A stretch of 64,000 nt of DNA from an uncultured cyanobacterium (GCA_963803805.1 CAWDOD010000007.1:1-64000); one strand, 5' to 3'. Shown: positions 50,713 to 62,641, numbered from the stretch's first letter. Made by a program: numbers and translations. Notes: generated from the letters alone by a model not told the origin.

Positions 50713-51891
50713 TTAATCAAGCAACTGTTGTAGCCTTTGGCTAAAAGCCTCGTAATTAAATTTAGCTAAAGATTGCGATCGCAACCACTCACCGTTACAG
50801 CGTTGATCATTTCCCCGCAATATTTCTAAACAAGCCTGTACCACTGCTTCTGGATTTCTATGGGGGACTTGCCAACCTAAATGCCCATCTTGTAATGGAT
50901 CTGCTGAACCATCACTATCTCCAGAAAGTACAGGAATACCACAAGCCATGGCTTCTAGATAAACAATACCAAACCCTTCTTGAGAAGGCATAATATAGGC
51001 ATCAGCAACTCGATAATGTTCTACTAGTTCTTCAATAGGAACAAAACCAGCAAAAATCACTTGCTCCGCCACCCCTAAATCTTCAGCTAACTTAGCTAAT
51101 CTAGGCTGATCATCCCCCCGTCCAATCACTAAATATTTTACTTGAGGAAATTCTGTAATAATTTTGGGTAAGGCTCGGATGGTAACGTCAACGCCTTTAT
51201 AAATATCTCCAGACCATAACCTCGCTACAGTCATTAGTACTTTACTATTTTCTAAACCATATCTGGCAATTAGCCTGGGAGATTTTACTCCTGGGGTAAA
51301 AACTTCCCCATCAATAGCACAGTAGAGAAACTTAACTTGTTGGGGATTAATATCATTAGCTTCACAGAGGCGATCGCGGCTATAACGGCTAATTGTCCAA
51401 ATTTCGGCCGCTTCTTGCAAAGCACGTTTTTGATTAGGGGGCAGAGGTTCCCAAACCTCCTTACCGTAGGTCAAAACTGTATAGGGAATACCTTTAAACT
51501 TGCATAATAACTGTATCAAAGGTGCAAGATTAATATGACCACAGAAAACTCTTCGAGGCTTATTTCGCCACAGGAAAGTAACTAAGGAGGCCATCAAATT
51601 GAACCGCGATCGCCAAGGAGTTGCCCCCTTGAGATAATGAAACTTCATCCTACTCCCTTCCCAAGGATTATTATCCCCAGAACTGTCCCTTAGTAAGAAT
51701 ATTTCCCCTTGTCGAGAAGGAGTTAAAGCCAGATAAGCTTGTAAAATATCTTTAACGTAGGATTGAATCCCCCCTTCCTGAGAGAAAATCTCTAGGAAAA
51801 CGAAAGCATCATCTACTGTAGCTTTAACTTTTTTAGTCACATCATTCTTGACAATCTGAAGATTTACGGTAGAAGAACTATTTTTGAGCAT
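50713..51891 (-). CDS. GT4-family glycosyltransferase
   Basis: YKGVD and EGFGIVYLEAMACGIP motifs. As called it overlaps the 3' end of gmd. Confidence 0.9.
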   Translation of the reverse strand: MLKNSSSTVNLQIVKNDVTKKVKATVDDAFVFLEIFSQEGGIQSYVKDILQAYLALTPSRQGEIFLLRDSSGDNNPWEGSRMKFHYLKGATPWRSRFNLMASLVTFLWRNKPRRVFCGHINLAPLIQLLCKFKGIPYTVLTYGKEVWEPLPPNQKRALQEAAEIWTISRYSRDRLCEANDINPQQVKFLYCAIDGEVFTPGVKSPRLIARYGLENSKVLMTVARLWSGDIYKGVDVTIRALPKIITEFPQVKYLVIGRGDDQPRLAKLAEDLGVAEQVIFAGFVPIEELVEHYRVADAYIMPSQEGFGIVYLEAMACGIPVLSGDSDGSADPLQDGHLGWQVPHRNPEAVVQACLEILRGNDQRCNGEWLRSQSLAKFNYEAFSQRLQQLLD

Positions 51892-52870
51892 TTACGGGTT
51901 GAACTGAGCCTGTTTTCAAGCGTTCTAAATCTTTGAGAACCATCTTTTCTATAAGAGCTTCAAAACTAACTTGGGGTTCCCAATGCAGATTTCGTTTTGC
52001 TTTAGTGGGGTTAGCAACTAACTGAAAATGTTCGTCTGGTCGCAAAAACTTAGGATTAATTACTACATAGTCTTCCCAATGCAAATCTAAACATTGAAAG
52101 GCTGCTGTTACTAAATCTTTCACGCTGTGGAGTTTTCCTGTCCCGATCACATAATCTTCTGGTTCATTGGCTTGCAACATACGCCACATCGCATCCACAT
52201 GATCCCCCGCATAACCCCAATCTCTTTTTGCTTCTAAGCTACCCATTTCTAAGTTGCTACTCAGCCCTAACTTAATAGCAGCCGCAGTTAGGGTGACTTT
52301 CCGTGTCACAAAGGCAGGAGGACGTAAAGGAGATTCGTGATTAAATAAAATACCGCTACAGGCGAATAAACCATACCTCTGGCGGTGATGTACCATCGTC
52401 CAGTGGGCATGGACTTTGGCTGCGGCGTAGGGGTTCTTAGGACGCATGGGGGTGTCTTCGTCTTGAGGCGAACAGTCTATATCACCAAACATCTCCGAAC
52501 TACTTGCTTGATAAAATCTGCTCGGAATACCAACTTGCCGAACTGCATCGAGGAGCCGGGTGGCAGTACCTGTGATTAAGTCTAGGGTTCCCAAGGGATC
52601 ATTCCAAGAAGCAGGAACAAAACTAGGGGCAGCTAAGTTATAAATCTCGTCAGGGCGTAGTTGTTCTACCACACAGCATAAAGCTTGAGCATCAGTTAAG
52701 TTAACAGCACAAACTTCTATTTTGCTAGCCATTTTCCCCAATTTGGCGATGCTTTCTTGCCTTTGGGGAGGGATCAAACCTGCTACCCGATAGCCTTTAT
52801 CCAAAAGCAAACGACTGAGATAGTAACCGTCTTGACCAGTAATTCCAGTAACTAATGCTGTTTTTGTCAT
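51878..52870 (-). CDS. gmd: GDP-mannose 4,6-dehydratase
   Basis: TGITGQDG, YQASSSEMFG, YAAAK, NHESP and RDWG motifs. Confidence 0.92.
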   Translation of the reverse strand: MTKTALVTGITGQDGYYLSRLLLDKGYRVAGLIPPQRQESIAKLGKMASKIEVCAVNLTDAQALCCVVEQLRPDEIYNLAAPSFVPASWNDPLGTLDLITGTATRLLDAVRQVGIPSRFYQASSSEMFGDIDCSPQDEDTPMRPKNPYAAAKVHAHWTMVHHRQRYGLFACSGILFNHESPLRPPAFVTRKVTLTAAAIKLGLSSNLEMGSLEAKRDWGYAGDHVDAMWRMLQANEPEDYVIGTGKLHSVKDLVTAAFQCLDLHWEDYVVINPKFLRPDEHFQLVANPTKAKRNLHWEPQVSFEALIEKMVLKDLERLKTGSVQPVNAQK

Positions 52871-53045
52871 GATATAAGAAAGGGAGCAGGGAGCAGTTAG
52901 AAATAAATTATGGACGAGAAGTCCCTCGCCCCTACTGTTATAACATCAGTACTTGATATCCTCCCTGTCCTATTCGCGTAGCGTTGCTGCACCTCTTTGG
53001 AACGGGGATATTCCCTTCCCTATCTAACCCAACAAAAAAAAAGTA

Positions 53046-53849
<804 letters not shown>

Positions 53850-53851
53850 CT

Positions 53852-54169
53852 ATGGCTGTTAAAAAAAAGTTTTCTAGTTTCCAGGAACTTCTTTCTGGCT
53901 CTGACGTACCAGTATTAGTAGATTTTTACGCAACTTGGTGTGGTCAATGCCAAATGATGGCTCCTATTTTAGAAGAAGTTAGTACTCAATTGAAAGGTCG
54001 CCTACAAGTTGTCAAGATTGATACAGAAAAATATCCTCGCTTAGCATCTCAGTATCAAGTGTATGCTCTACCTACTCTAGTTTTGTTTCAAGGGGGCCAA
54101 CCCGCAGATCGCATTGAAGGAGTTTTATCTACACCGCAGTTAATTCAGCGCTTGCAAAGTTTCATTTAA
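53852..54169 (+). CDS. Thioredoxin (y-type-like) with a WCGQC active site
   Basis: LVDFYATWCGQC; the N-terminus KKKFSSFQELL resembles Trx-y. Confidence 0.88.
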   Translation: MAVKKKFSSFQELLSGSDVPVLVDFYATWCGQCQMMAPILEEVSTQLKGRLQVVKIDTEKYPRLASQYQVYALPTLVLFQGGQPADRIEGVLSTPQLIQRLQSFI

Positions 54170-54177
54170 AGGACTTA

Positions 54178-54921
54178 TTATTCTCCTTCGGTCGGCTCAG
54201 AAGTTTCTTCTGGGGAAGAACCATCATTATTATTGGCTTCTTTTGCCTGTTTTTCTTGAGCGCGTCTTTCCTTTTGTTTGCGGTCTGCTTTTAAAGCATC
54301 CTCAATAGCAGCTTGTACCTGGGTCATTTTATCTAGGTTGCCCCGATACAGATCCAAATCTTTGAGCATTTTTTCAGCAGGCAGATTTAAAGCTTCGCCA
54401 ACTTTTTGCAGGAATTCATCTCGCTGCTTTTGTTCTTTGAGCAACTCTGGGTTTCCTTGTTCAAGGAGAGTATACAAACCAATGGCAAACAGACGACTAT
54501 ATTTGAATTGGGAGTTTTGGGCTATTTCTTGAATTTGGTTATGTATATCCTGGATGCCATCTACCGGGGTAGGAGAACTTAGCCAAGTTATTAAATCCTG
54601 GCCAGACATTTTATCGCTCAGAGTTTTCAAACTTGTAGCATCTTGCCGATACTTTTCAGGGTCATCCCCTACCGATTGACAAAGAGCTTTAAAAATAGAC
54701 TCTTTACCACTTTCTGGTTGATAACCTTCCATAAAACGGTCAAAGGAAGTAACAACGCCTAAAGCATAAATAGGGTTATAACGAAAGTCAACATTGACTG
54801 AGAGCAAATGCATTTCCACCATCAACTCTTCTACTACTCGCCTATAAATAGAGTTAATAGGGCGAGTATGAATGGTATAGAATTTTCGCTTGGTATCTGA
54901 GAGAGTGCGAACTTTATCCAC
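54178..54921 (-). CDS. psb29: Photosystem II biogenesis protein Psb29/Thf1
   Basis: RTLSDTKRKFY...RPINSIYRRVVEELMVEMHLL and KYSRLFAIGL. Confidence 0.95.
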   Translation of the reverse strand: MDKVRTLSDTKRKFYTIHTRPINSIYRRVVEELMVEMHLLSVNVDFRYNPIYALGVVTSFDRFMEGYQPESGKESIFKALCQSVGDDPEKYRQDATSLKTLSDKMSGQDLITWLSSPTPVDGIQDIHNQIQEIAQNSQFKYSRLFAIGLYTLLEQGNPELLKEQKQRDEFLQKVGEALNLPAEKMLKDLDLYRGNLDKMTQVQAAIEDALKADRKQKERRAQEKQAKEANNNDGSSPEETSEPTEGE

Positions 54922-55068
54922 AAAGCAGATTATAAAGAAAAGATGATCCCATTGTCCCGCTTATGGAGACGTTTGCCAAGGGGAAGACCATTTATGCTAA
55001 TGGCTAATGGCTGTTTAAGCTTGGTGAGATTTGCTCTATTCCTATGATCTATCGCTTATTAAAAATAT

Positions 55069-55680
55069 ATGACTTCTAAACTTTCTACTCTAGGTCGCTA
55101 CTTAGCTGGAGAATTTGATAACCGCCAACAAGCCTTGGCTAATCCCGCTTGGTTTGTACATTTACGCCTCTGGAAAAGACCAGTATCTCTATTTACTGAA
55201 GATAGTCTTACTCTTTTTGCTGAACAAGTTAATCTGCTTAATCCAGACAAACCATATCGTCCTCGAATTTTACGCTTAAGACAGAATGATAATCCTGCCA
55301 CCCTGGAAGTTCAATACTATATGTTAAAAGATATTAATAAGTTTCTTGGAGGGGGAAGTAATCCTGAGTTACTAAAAAAAATCACCCCAGAAGAAATAGA
55401 ATTTTTACCTGGTTGTAGCCTAATGGTACAAACAGAAATAACCAACTCAGATAACTATAAATTTATTACCACTAATCCCACAGATAGCCCTTGCAGCTTT
55501 ACCTATGAAGGAAAAACCTATTGTATTTCCCTCGGTTTTAGGGCAACCCTAAATGAATTAGAAATTTATGATAAAGGAATAGACCCCCAAACTGGCAAAG
55601 CAACTTGGGGGGCATTAATGGAACCTTTTCGCTTTCAAAAACGCCAGGATTTCTCTTTTGAGTTACCGGATACATTTTAG
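55069..55680 (+). CDS. CpcT/CpeT-family phycobiliprotein lyase
   Basis: LAGEFDNRQQA, LPGC and DKGIDPQTGKATWG motifs. Confidence 0.88.
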   Translation: MTSKLSTLGRYLAGEFDNRQQALANPAWFVHLRLWKRPVSLFTEDSLTLFAEQVNLLNPDKPYRPRILRLRQNDNPATLEVQYYMLKDINKFLGGGSNPELLKKITPEEIEFLPGCSLMVQTEITNSDNYKFITTNPTDSPCSFTYEGKTYCISLGFRATLNELEIYDKGIDPQTGKATWGALMEPFRFQKRQDFSFELPDTF

Positions 55681-55736
55681 GAAGGGATGTACTGCTATTA
55701 GCCATTAGCTATTAGCCATTAGCTTTTAAGTATTAG

Positions 55737-56102
55737 TTATTTTTTTGTCGGTACTGTATTAATAGCTTCTTCCTCAGTTTCAAAAATATCAAATACTGAA
55801 TCCATCATGGTCACCTCAAACACCAATTTAGCTTCGGGATGAACACTACAGATCCTAAAACTACCCTTAACCCTGTCAGCATCCCTCATCCCTGCGACGA
55901 GGGAAGTTAAACCAGAACTATCAATAAAGTTAACTTGACTAAGATTAACAACTACATGAGGGCTGAATTTATTAATACACTCTTGCAACTTCAGACGGAA
56001 CTGCCAAGCCGTTGTTATATCTAGACGACCGCTTGGTGCCAGTACGATGACAGTTGTACCATCTTCGGTTGTGTGACTTTTCTGCTCGATTTGAATCACC
56101 AA
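55737..56102 (-). CDS. STAS-domain anti-sigma-factor antagonist
   Basis: GRLDI and FIDSSGL motifs. Confidence 0.9.
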   Translation of the reverse strand: MVIQIEQKSHTTEDGTTVIVLAPSGRLDITTAWQFRLKLQECINKFSPHVVVNLSQVNFIDSSGLTSLVAGMRDADRVKGSFRICSVHPEAKLVFEVTMMDSVFDIFETEEEAINTVPTKK

Positions 56103-56306
56103 TACCTCCTAACAACAGTAACTCTTTAAGTTCTATATTCAGAACAATTGAGAGTTACTTTTCTCGACGACGATTGAACCTTTGATCTCCTTCTGACAAT
56201 AACCCCCTGAATTTAAACTCCATCAGTTTGGAGAAGTTAAGGGTTAGAGCCATCACCCTGGCACGTCAATCGCTTATTGTACTTTGTATTTTAACCTAGA
56301 ACATTT

Positions 56307-57353
56307 TTATGTAGATGGTGTCCAATTAACCCATTCCTGGGGTTTAAGAAAGGTATTATATAATTCCGCTTCTGGAGTGTTCGGTTCAGGATGATAATTA
56401 TATTCCCAACGTACTAAGGGTGGTAAAGACATCAAAATTGATTCTGTACGTCCATTTGTTTGTAAGCCAAAGATAGTCCCTCTGTCATAAACTAAGTTGA
56501 ATTCTACGTAGCGACCCCGGCGATAGAGTTGAAAATCACGTTCCCTTTCACCATATTCTTTTCCTTGGCGCTTTTCGATGATCGGTACGTAGGCCGGTAA
56601 GAAAGCTTGGCCACAATCTTGAACGAACTTAAATAAATCTTCCCAACTACGCTGGGAAACTTCCCCTATTTGCTTGCTTTGTTCTGCTGCGTTACCGTCT
56701 AGATTTGGCCCCCGATATAATTCTCCTAAACCATCTTGATAGTCAAAAAATAATCCTCCTACTCCTCTGGTTTCTTGGCGGTGCTTGAGATAAAAATATT
56801 CATCGCACCAGGGTTTAAAAACTTGATAATAGGCAGAATTATGGCGATCGCAGGCTGCTTTTAAAGTACGATGGAAATGAGCAACATCTTCTGGGAAAGG
56901 ATAGTAAGGGGTTAAATCCACTCCTCCACCAAACCACCAAACTGGCCCAGCTTCAAAATAGCGGTAGTTAAGGTGAACCGTCGGAACATAAGGGTTGTGA
57001 GGATGCAAAACCATCGAGGTTCCAGTGGCATAAAAACCATGCCCTTCTGCCTCTGGACGCTGTTTTAAGATGGAGGGAGGCAAGTTTTCACCCCAAACTT
57101 CAGAAAAGTTTACTCCCCCTTGCTCTAGGACATTTGCCTGTCTGATGACGCGAGAACGGCCACCGCCTCCTTCTTCTCTTGTCCAACTATCTTCAGCAAA
57201 TTTGCCCCCACCATCAACTTCTTCAAGTTTGTTACAAATTTGATCTTGAAGTTGCTGCATAAACTGGCTAACTCTTTTTTGGGAATTAGCTGGTGGTGTA
57301 GAAGCGCTAGATGGGGGGGTAGGAGTTTTAATATCTGTTTGAATAGCTGTCAT
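56307..57353 (-). CDS. hemF: Oxygen-dependent coproporphyrinogen III oxidase
   Basis: [30 protein letters not shown] and ESILMSLPP motifs. Confidence 0.96.
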   Translation of the reverse strand: MTAIQTDIKTPTPPSSASTPPANSQKRVSQFMQQLQDQICNKLEEVDGGGKFAEDSWTREEGGGGRSRVIRQANVLEQGGVNFSEVWGENLPPSILKQRPEAEGHGFYATGTSMVLHPHNPYVPTVHLNYRYFEAGPVWWFGGGVDLTPYYPFPEDVAHFHRTLKAACDRHNSAYYQVFKPWCDEYFYLKHRQETRGVGGLFFDYQDGLGELYRGPNLDGNAAEQSKQIGEVSQRSWEDLFKFVQDCGQAFLPAYVPIIEKRQGKEYGERERDFQLYRRGRYVEFNLVYDRGTIFGLQTNGRTESILMSLPPLVRWEYNYHPEPNTPEAELYNTFLKPQEWVNWTPST

Positions 57354-57715
57354 AGTTTCAATTCAACATACTGCAAGAGAAAAAGACTAGGGGAGGTGGG
57401 TATCTTCAAAAGCTAAATTTTGAGGTAGGAGAGTTTTCTAGCTATTAACTAGCTTGGTAGAATTAAACAGAAGATTCCAGCCGAGATAAGAGTTACTGAA
57501 ACTCTTCAAGCCCCCTTTTTCCTTAATTTGTTTACAATTCCATACCTCTGTTGAGAAGTTTAGCATCCGCAGGGTCTGATCCCAATGCTGTTGTGTCACA
57601 GTTTTTTCTATAGAGTTACAAATTATTCTGAACTATTCTTGAGCAAGAAACCAATCTTCCTATGCTTCTTCATACAATATATGACTTGTCTGAGTCTCAC
57701 TAGGGGAGGGGTGTT

Positions 57716-58198
57716 GTGATTCTCAATTTTTCTTTCGGTTTTTTTAAGCCTCAAGATAAGAGTGGTAATAAATTTTTGCTTTACAAGACTTATCGAGTTG
57801 TAAGTAAGGCGCCAGTAGATGCTTTGTGGCAAAAGATAGTTAATTTAGCTGATGTATCCTGGCATCCTTTGATTAACCATAGCAACGCTCCTTGGGGCTT
57901 AGTTGCTAAACCAGGTATTATTTATCAGGTAGTTACTCGCTTTACCCCTATTCCCATCAGAGTTTTTGTTGAAAGTGTTTGTCCCAGGCAATTTCTCAGT
58001 TTCCGAATTTTGGCTATTCCTGGTATTGAACAGCGCATTACCTACCAAATAGAATCAACTCTTTGCGGTACTTATATTTCTTATTCAGTCACTTTACGGG
58101 GCTGGTTATCTCCTTTACTTTGGTGGATAATTAAACCTTATACTGCTCGTGTTGTTTCTGAATTAGCTAATTCAGTGGAGAAGTTGGTTGAGTGGTAA
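57716..58198 (+). CDS. SRPBCC/polyketide-cyclase-like protein
   Basis: Helix-grip-like pattern (APVDALWQKIVNLADVSWHP). Start uncertain. Confidence 0.7.
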   Translation: MILNFSFGFFKPQDKSGNKFLLYKTYRVVSKAPVDALWQKIVNLADVSWHPLINHSNAPWGLVAKPGIIYQVVTRFTPIPIRVFVESVCPRQFLSFRILAIPGIEQRITYQIESTLCGTYISYSVTLRGWLSPLLWWIIKPYTARVVSELANSVEKLVEW

Positions 58199-58322
58199 GC
58201 TGATGTGCATTTAAACTGTGTATTACTCAACTAGGAAATAAGCCCTAAAACCATTCCTCCATCTCCCTATCCCCCTATCTCCCCATCAAACCTAATAAGT
58301 AAATTAAATGCCTGGCAGCTTA
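58196..58322. mobile_element. 127-bp MITE-like element with 19-bp imperfect TIRs
   Basis: TAAGCTGATGTGCATTTAA ... TTAAATGCCTGGCAGCTTA, with TA at both ends and internal CCCYATC-like short repeats. Confidence 0.65.
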
Positions 58323-58349
58323 ATATCCCTTGATGGCAAAAGTATTTTT

Positions 58350-59402
58350 TTACTCTTGGTTAGAGTTGTGCCGAAGTCCTTTTGATCTCCCTAAGAGTCT
58401 TTGTAGTTTATCTTTTTGGGATAGGGACTCAGTGTTAGTTTTATCTGCTTCTAGTAATGCTTGTAACTTTTGGACAAAACCTTGTTCACGAGAGTGAATA
58501 GCGTAGGCCATTTGGAGAAAAATTTTGGCCAATTGCCCTAATTCATCGTAGCGTTTAGCTATTTTACTAAGCTTTTCTAAATCAACTTCATCTCCTACTT
58601 TTTCAGGAGCAGAAGAGTCTTCGCGAGTTACCATTTGTTGCGCTAAACTAGCCATGGGTTTTAATGGTTCGACTACAGTTCGCTTCAGCAAGCTATTAAT
58701 AACTAACAAAACTATGATAAAAATGACCATGAAATTTGCTAAAGCTACTAAACCATTTCTTCTTGCTAAGGCAAAGATATCACTAGCTGGAATATAGATA
58801 GTTTGTGCGCCGATAATTTCGTTGAGTTTCCAACCAAAACCGTTTTCTGAGCCATAGGTTTTAATTAAACTTGCTGGTGCTTGTTCTGGAGTATTGTGGC
58901 AAGCCAAGCAATTTGCCATAGTGATTTTTAAAGGACGAGCTATGTAAAAGAGGTTCTCTTGTTTTGAAGGACGGAATCCATATAATTCCTTCAGTTCTGA
59001 ATCTTGGCGAAAATTCTCCACTAATCTAGCTTCAAATTTATCGGCTTTATCTCGTAAATTAGTGGGATTTAAAGTTGCGTCTTTATAAAGATAATTAAGG
59101 TATTCTTCTTTTTGACGAAATTCCTCAAATACCTGTCTGACGTTGTAACTAGGAATAACTTCGGGAATAAATTCCGAACTATTTTCTAAGCGAGGCGTGA
59201 TTAGAGGGCTAACCTGAGCGCTGTAATAAGTTCTTAAAGCACTCATACTATCCATAAGTAGAATAGCCTGTTCTTTAACTATTTTTTGGGCTGCTAGATC
59301 CTGCATATGATTTAATACACCATAACTCAGGCTAGTTCCTACAATAAAAATAAACCCTAAGATCAAAGTAAATTTGACTCCTAGTTTTAATTTTTTTAGC
59401 AT
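58350..59402 (-). CDS. DUF3365 (Tll0287-like) c-type heme sensor with HAMP and no output domain
   Basis: TM, ATLNPTNLRDKAD, CxxCH (CLACH), YGSENGFGW, second TM and HAMP-like DELGQLA. Confidence 0.85.
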   Translation of the reverse strand: MLKKLKLGVKFTLILGFIFIVGTSLSYGVLNHMQDLAAQKIVKEQAILLMDSMSALRTYYSAQVSPLITPRLENSSEFIPEVIPSYNVRQVFEEFRQKEEYLNYLYKDATLNPTNLRDKADKFEARLVENFRQDSELKELYGFRPSKQENLFYIARPLKITMANCLACHNTPEQAPASLIKTYGSENGFGWKLNEIIGAQTIYIPASDIFALARRNGLVALANFMVIFIIVLLVINSLLKRTVVEPLKPMASLAQQMVTREDSSAPEKVGDEVDLEKLSKIAKRYDELGQLAKIFLQMAYAIHSREQGFVQKLQALLEADKTNTESLSQKDKLQRLLGRSKGLRHNSNQE

Positions 59403-59498
59403 TATTCACTTTCCTATACATAGACATTCTAAGATAAGCTTTCCTTAACTTATATACAAAATTAAAAAACCATAGAGAAGAAACAGGGAAGAAAAGTA

Positions 59499-60401
59499 AT
59501 GACTTCTTCAACTAATTTTTATAATTGGCACAGTTTTCCTTGTGCTTATGAATTCCATAAGCCCACAGCCATTACTCAAAATGAACCGCCTCTACTTTTA
59601 CTCCACCCTATCGGTGTAGGTTTGTCCCGCCTTTTTTGGCAGCGTTTTTGTCATGGTTGGCTCAAAAATGGTTTAGGAAATCCCCTTTATAACCCTGACT
59701 TACTTGGTTGCGGCGATAGTGCTATGCCTCCTTTAGCTTACTATCCTGAAGATTGGGCAGAACAATTAATTTATTTTCTCCAAAATATAGTTAAAACTCC
59801 TGCTATACTCCTTTGTCAAGGAGCTTTATTACCTGTAGTGATCGCTTTGGTGGAGAAACAACCGGAGTTAATTAAAGCACTGATATTTTCAGGCCCCCCA
59901 GCTTGGAGATTAATTAGCGAGGATAAGCAATCTCCTCAACAGCGCATCCTTTGGAACTTATTTGCTTCTCCTCTGGGCAATGTCTTTTACCGCTATGCCC
60001 GTCGTCGCCAGTTTTTGCAATCATTTTCGGTACGCCAACTTTTTGCCGAACCAGGGGCAGTAGATGAAGAATGGTTAACTACTTTAAAAGAAGGTTCTCA
60101 AAATCTTTCTAGTCGCTATGCAGTTTTTTCTTTCCTCTCAGGATTTTGGCGACAGGATTATTCTCAATCAATTGCCACGATTAACCAACCAACTTTAGTA
60201 GTTATGGGAAAACAAGCTTCTAGTATTAGCCGAGAAGGATTTACCGAAACTCCGCCGCAACGTTTAGACACTTATCTTAAACATTTTCCTAATAGCGAGG
60301 GTAAACAAATATCAGGGCGCAATGTACTCCCCTATGAATCAACCTCAGAATTTGTCAAAGTCGTTAGTGAATTTGTCGATTCAATAAACCAAATAAATTG
60401 A
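59499..60401 (+). CDS. Alpha/beta-hydrolase fold protein
   Basis: LLLLHPIGVG, PDLLGCG and GRNVLPYE motifs. The nucleophile elbow reads CQGAL. Confidence 0.8.
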   Translation: MTSSTNFYNWHSFPCAYEFHKPTAITQNEPPLLLLHPIGVGLSRLFWQRFCHGWLKNGLGNPLYNPDLLGCGDSAMPPLAYYPEDWAEQLIYFLQNIVKTPAILLCQGALLPVVIALVEKQPELIKALIFSGPPAWRLISEDKQSPQQRILWNLFASPLGNVFYRYARRRQFLQSFSVRQLFAEPGAVDEEWLTTLKEGSQNLSSRYAVFSFLSGFWRQDYSQSIATINQPTLVVMGKQASSISREGFTETPPQRLDTYLKHFPNSEGKQISGRNVLPYESTSEFVKVVSEFVDSINQIN

Positions 60402-60666
60402 TTCTTAAGGAATTATTTTTATCTATATCTAAAAAATTTGCTTAAATAAATAAACTACGCTGCAATGGGCGTGCCAATTCTCTCTTTACTCTTGACTTAA
60501 GCAACTATTACAGAAGGATCAAGGTGAGAAAGTTGAATCGAGGAGTTAAGGGGAAGAAAATATTCCTAATTGGTTACACTTCATACCTTAACTAAACTGA
60601 TAAAACTCAGCGCGTAAATAACCATATTCTTGTCAGCATCTCAACTATGCCAGGGGCAACAACATC

Positions 60667-61287
60667 ATGATTTTCAGAAAGAGTTTCTCAGTTATTGCTA
60701 TTATAACCACCTTAGTTACCTTGGTAACATCAATTACAACCCCAGTTCAAGCAGCTATTTTTAGTTTGGATTTTAAGTTTACAGATTTCAATACTGGAGA
60801 GTTAGTTAAAGGTAGTTTTCTGTTTAATAATTCCGTGATTCCTATGGTAGCTAGCTTTGGTAGCTTATATCAAAAAGCAAGCCCATCTTTTGAAATATTT
60901 GTAGGGGACAAAATTTTCACTGGTTCTAATAATTCCATGGTAGTAGCAGACAACTTTGAGAATGCTTTTGGCGTTGTTACAGATGTAGTTCTTTTCGATG
61001 ATTTTGAAGATTTTGATTTTAATAGTCCAGAAAATCATCAATCTTTAGCACTTTTTGACTATAGCCAAGATACTTGGGGAGCGGAGACTTCACCTCCACA
61101 AATTCGCTCTACCGGATTAGTTTTGCTTAATTTAGCACCAGATGTCACTGTTTTTTCTCCTAATGCTTTAACCTCTATTAAAGAGTTAGCAGACTATCCT
61201 CCTAATACCTCTGTCCCAGAACCTAATTCAATATTGGGGCTGATTGCTCTGGCAACTTTCAGTACCATAGTAAAGAAGCAGCATTAA
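60667..61287 (+). CDS. PEP-CTERM exosortase-sorted protein
   Basis: Signal peptide; C-terminal VPEP, hydrophobic helix and KK. Confidence 0.85.
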   Translation: MIFRKSFSVIAIITTLVTLVTSITTPVQAAIFSLDFKFTDFNTGELVKGSFLFNNSVIPMVASFGSLYQKASPSFEIFVGDKIFTGSNNSMVVADNFENAFGVVTDVVLFDDFEDFDFNSPENHQSLALFDYSQDTWGAETSPPQIRSTGLVLLNLAPDVTVFSPNALTSIKELADYPPNTSVPEPNSILGLIALATFSTIVKKQH

Positions 61288-62504
61288 ATTCGTTGTTTAC
61301 TATACCAAGCATCCAAAGCCATTTGGTGAATAGTAAGCCAAGGTTGATTATTAATCCTAGCTAGTTGAGTGCAATCTTCATATTCTGGTTGGACATTGAA
61401 TATCTTTTTCTCTCCACCAACTTCTTGGCTAGCCACCTTAACTCTAACTACACCGTAAGCTGTCGTTACTTGTTCGATTTCTCTGAACAAAATACTTCTT
61501 TCCTGAGTGCGGCAGCGAATACCTAAAGTGGTGGTTTCTCTGAACAAAACCCCTTCACAAGCAACTACTTTTTCAGGATGACAAATAACTGTTAAAAGAA
61601 TGCCGGGGCGAGACTTTTTCATGCCAATTCCTTGACTAAAAACATCAACAGCCCCCACTTTCAATAATTCCTCAAAGACATAACCAATAACTTGGGGATT
61701 TAGATCATCAATTTGGGTTTCTAAAACAGAAATAAGTTCTGTTTTTGGTGATATTGCAATATCACCAAGCCAAAGACGCAGTAAATTAGGTAAAGGTAAT
61801 TGAGCAGTCCCTGCCCCCAATCCCACTTTCTCTAATTTCATCTTTGGGGGAGAACCAAAGTCCTCGGCCAAAGCGACGGCGATCGCTGCCCCTGTAGGAG
61901 TTACTAGCTCTTTATTAATGCCATTACTATAAATTGGTACTTGGCGAATTTCCCAAAGCTTCAAGACCGCAGGAACAGGTACAGGAAGCAATCCGTGGGC
62001 AGCCTTGATATTTCCTCCTCCGGTGGGTAAAGCAGAACAATATAACTTTTCAATTCCTAACCAATCTAAACCTAAGCAAGTACCAACAATATCTACCAAG
62101 GCATCTACAGCCCCCACTTCATGGAAATGTACCTTTTCCGGTGTAGTTCCATGAACCGCAGATTCTGCCTCTGCTAAGCTACGAAATACTCGCAAACTCC
62201 AAGCTGTCACCTGTGATGGTAAGTTGGCCCGGTGAATTATCTCTTCAATTTCTGGTAAATGTCTAGCAGAATGCTCATGGTGATGGTTGCTTGAAGATTC
62301 ATTCAGTAAATCTACATGAACTTTTGTACCAATTTGCCCATTATGCTTAACCTTCTCTGCCCTCAGTTGATATTCTCCTTTAATGCCCAAACCCTGCAAC
62401 TGTTCAACCAAATAATGTAAAGGTACGCCAACATCAACCAAAGCACCCAAACACATATCCCCAGCAATTCCTGTCGGACATTCCAAATAAGCGATTCTAG
62501 TCAT
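61284..62504 (-). CDS. larC: Nickel pincer cofactor biosynthesis protein LarC
   Basis: GIAGDM, His-rich segment, VHFHEVG, ELVTPTG, ETQIDD and PEYED motifs. Confidence 0.92.
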   Translation of the reverse strand: MTRIAYLECPTGIAGDMCLGALVDVGVPLHYLVEQLQGLGIKGEYQLRAEKVKHNGQIGTKVHVDLLNESSSNHHHEHSARHLPEIEEIIHRANLPSQVTAWSLRVFRSLAEAESAVHGTTPEKVHFHEVGAVDALVDIVGTCLGLDWLGIEKLYCSALPTGGGNIKAAHGLLPVPVPAVLKLWEIRQVPIYSNGINKELVTPTGAAIAVALAEDFGSPPKMKLEKVGLGAGTAQLPLPNLLRLWLGDIAISPKTELISVLETQIDDLNPQVIGYVFEELLKVGAVDVFSQGIGMKKSRPGILLTVICHPEKVVACEGVLFRETTTLGIRCRTQERSILFREIEQVTTAYGVVRVKVASQEVGGEKKIFNVQPEYEDCTQLARINNQPWLTIHQMALDAWYSKQRI

Positions 62505-62641
62505 TGATAACCATAGGTTGTGAACATCTTAATAACTAATAACTGTTCGGCTTGCCGTTGCCATTAGGCATCATTGAGCATTGATTATTGATAACTGAAC
62601 CCTAAGTAGTAACATCTAGATAAAAGAACCTCTAGTAAATT

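Noticed and set aside
56210-56258. Fluoride-riboswitch-like string on the minus strand (GGGTGATGGCTCTAACCC..TAAC..CTGATGGAGTTTA) upstream of the STAS gene
   Set aside because: P1 has a mismatch, P2 is absent, the pseudoknot needs two G-U pairs, and the downstream gene is not fluoride-related. An alternative simple hairpin explains the sequence. A cmscan against the Rfam crcB model would settle it.
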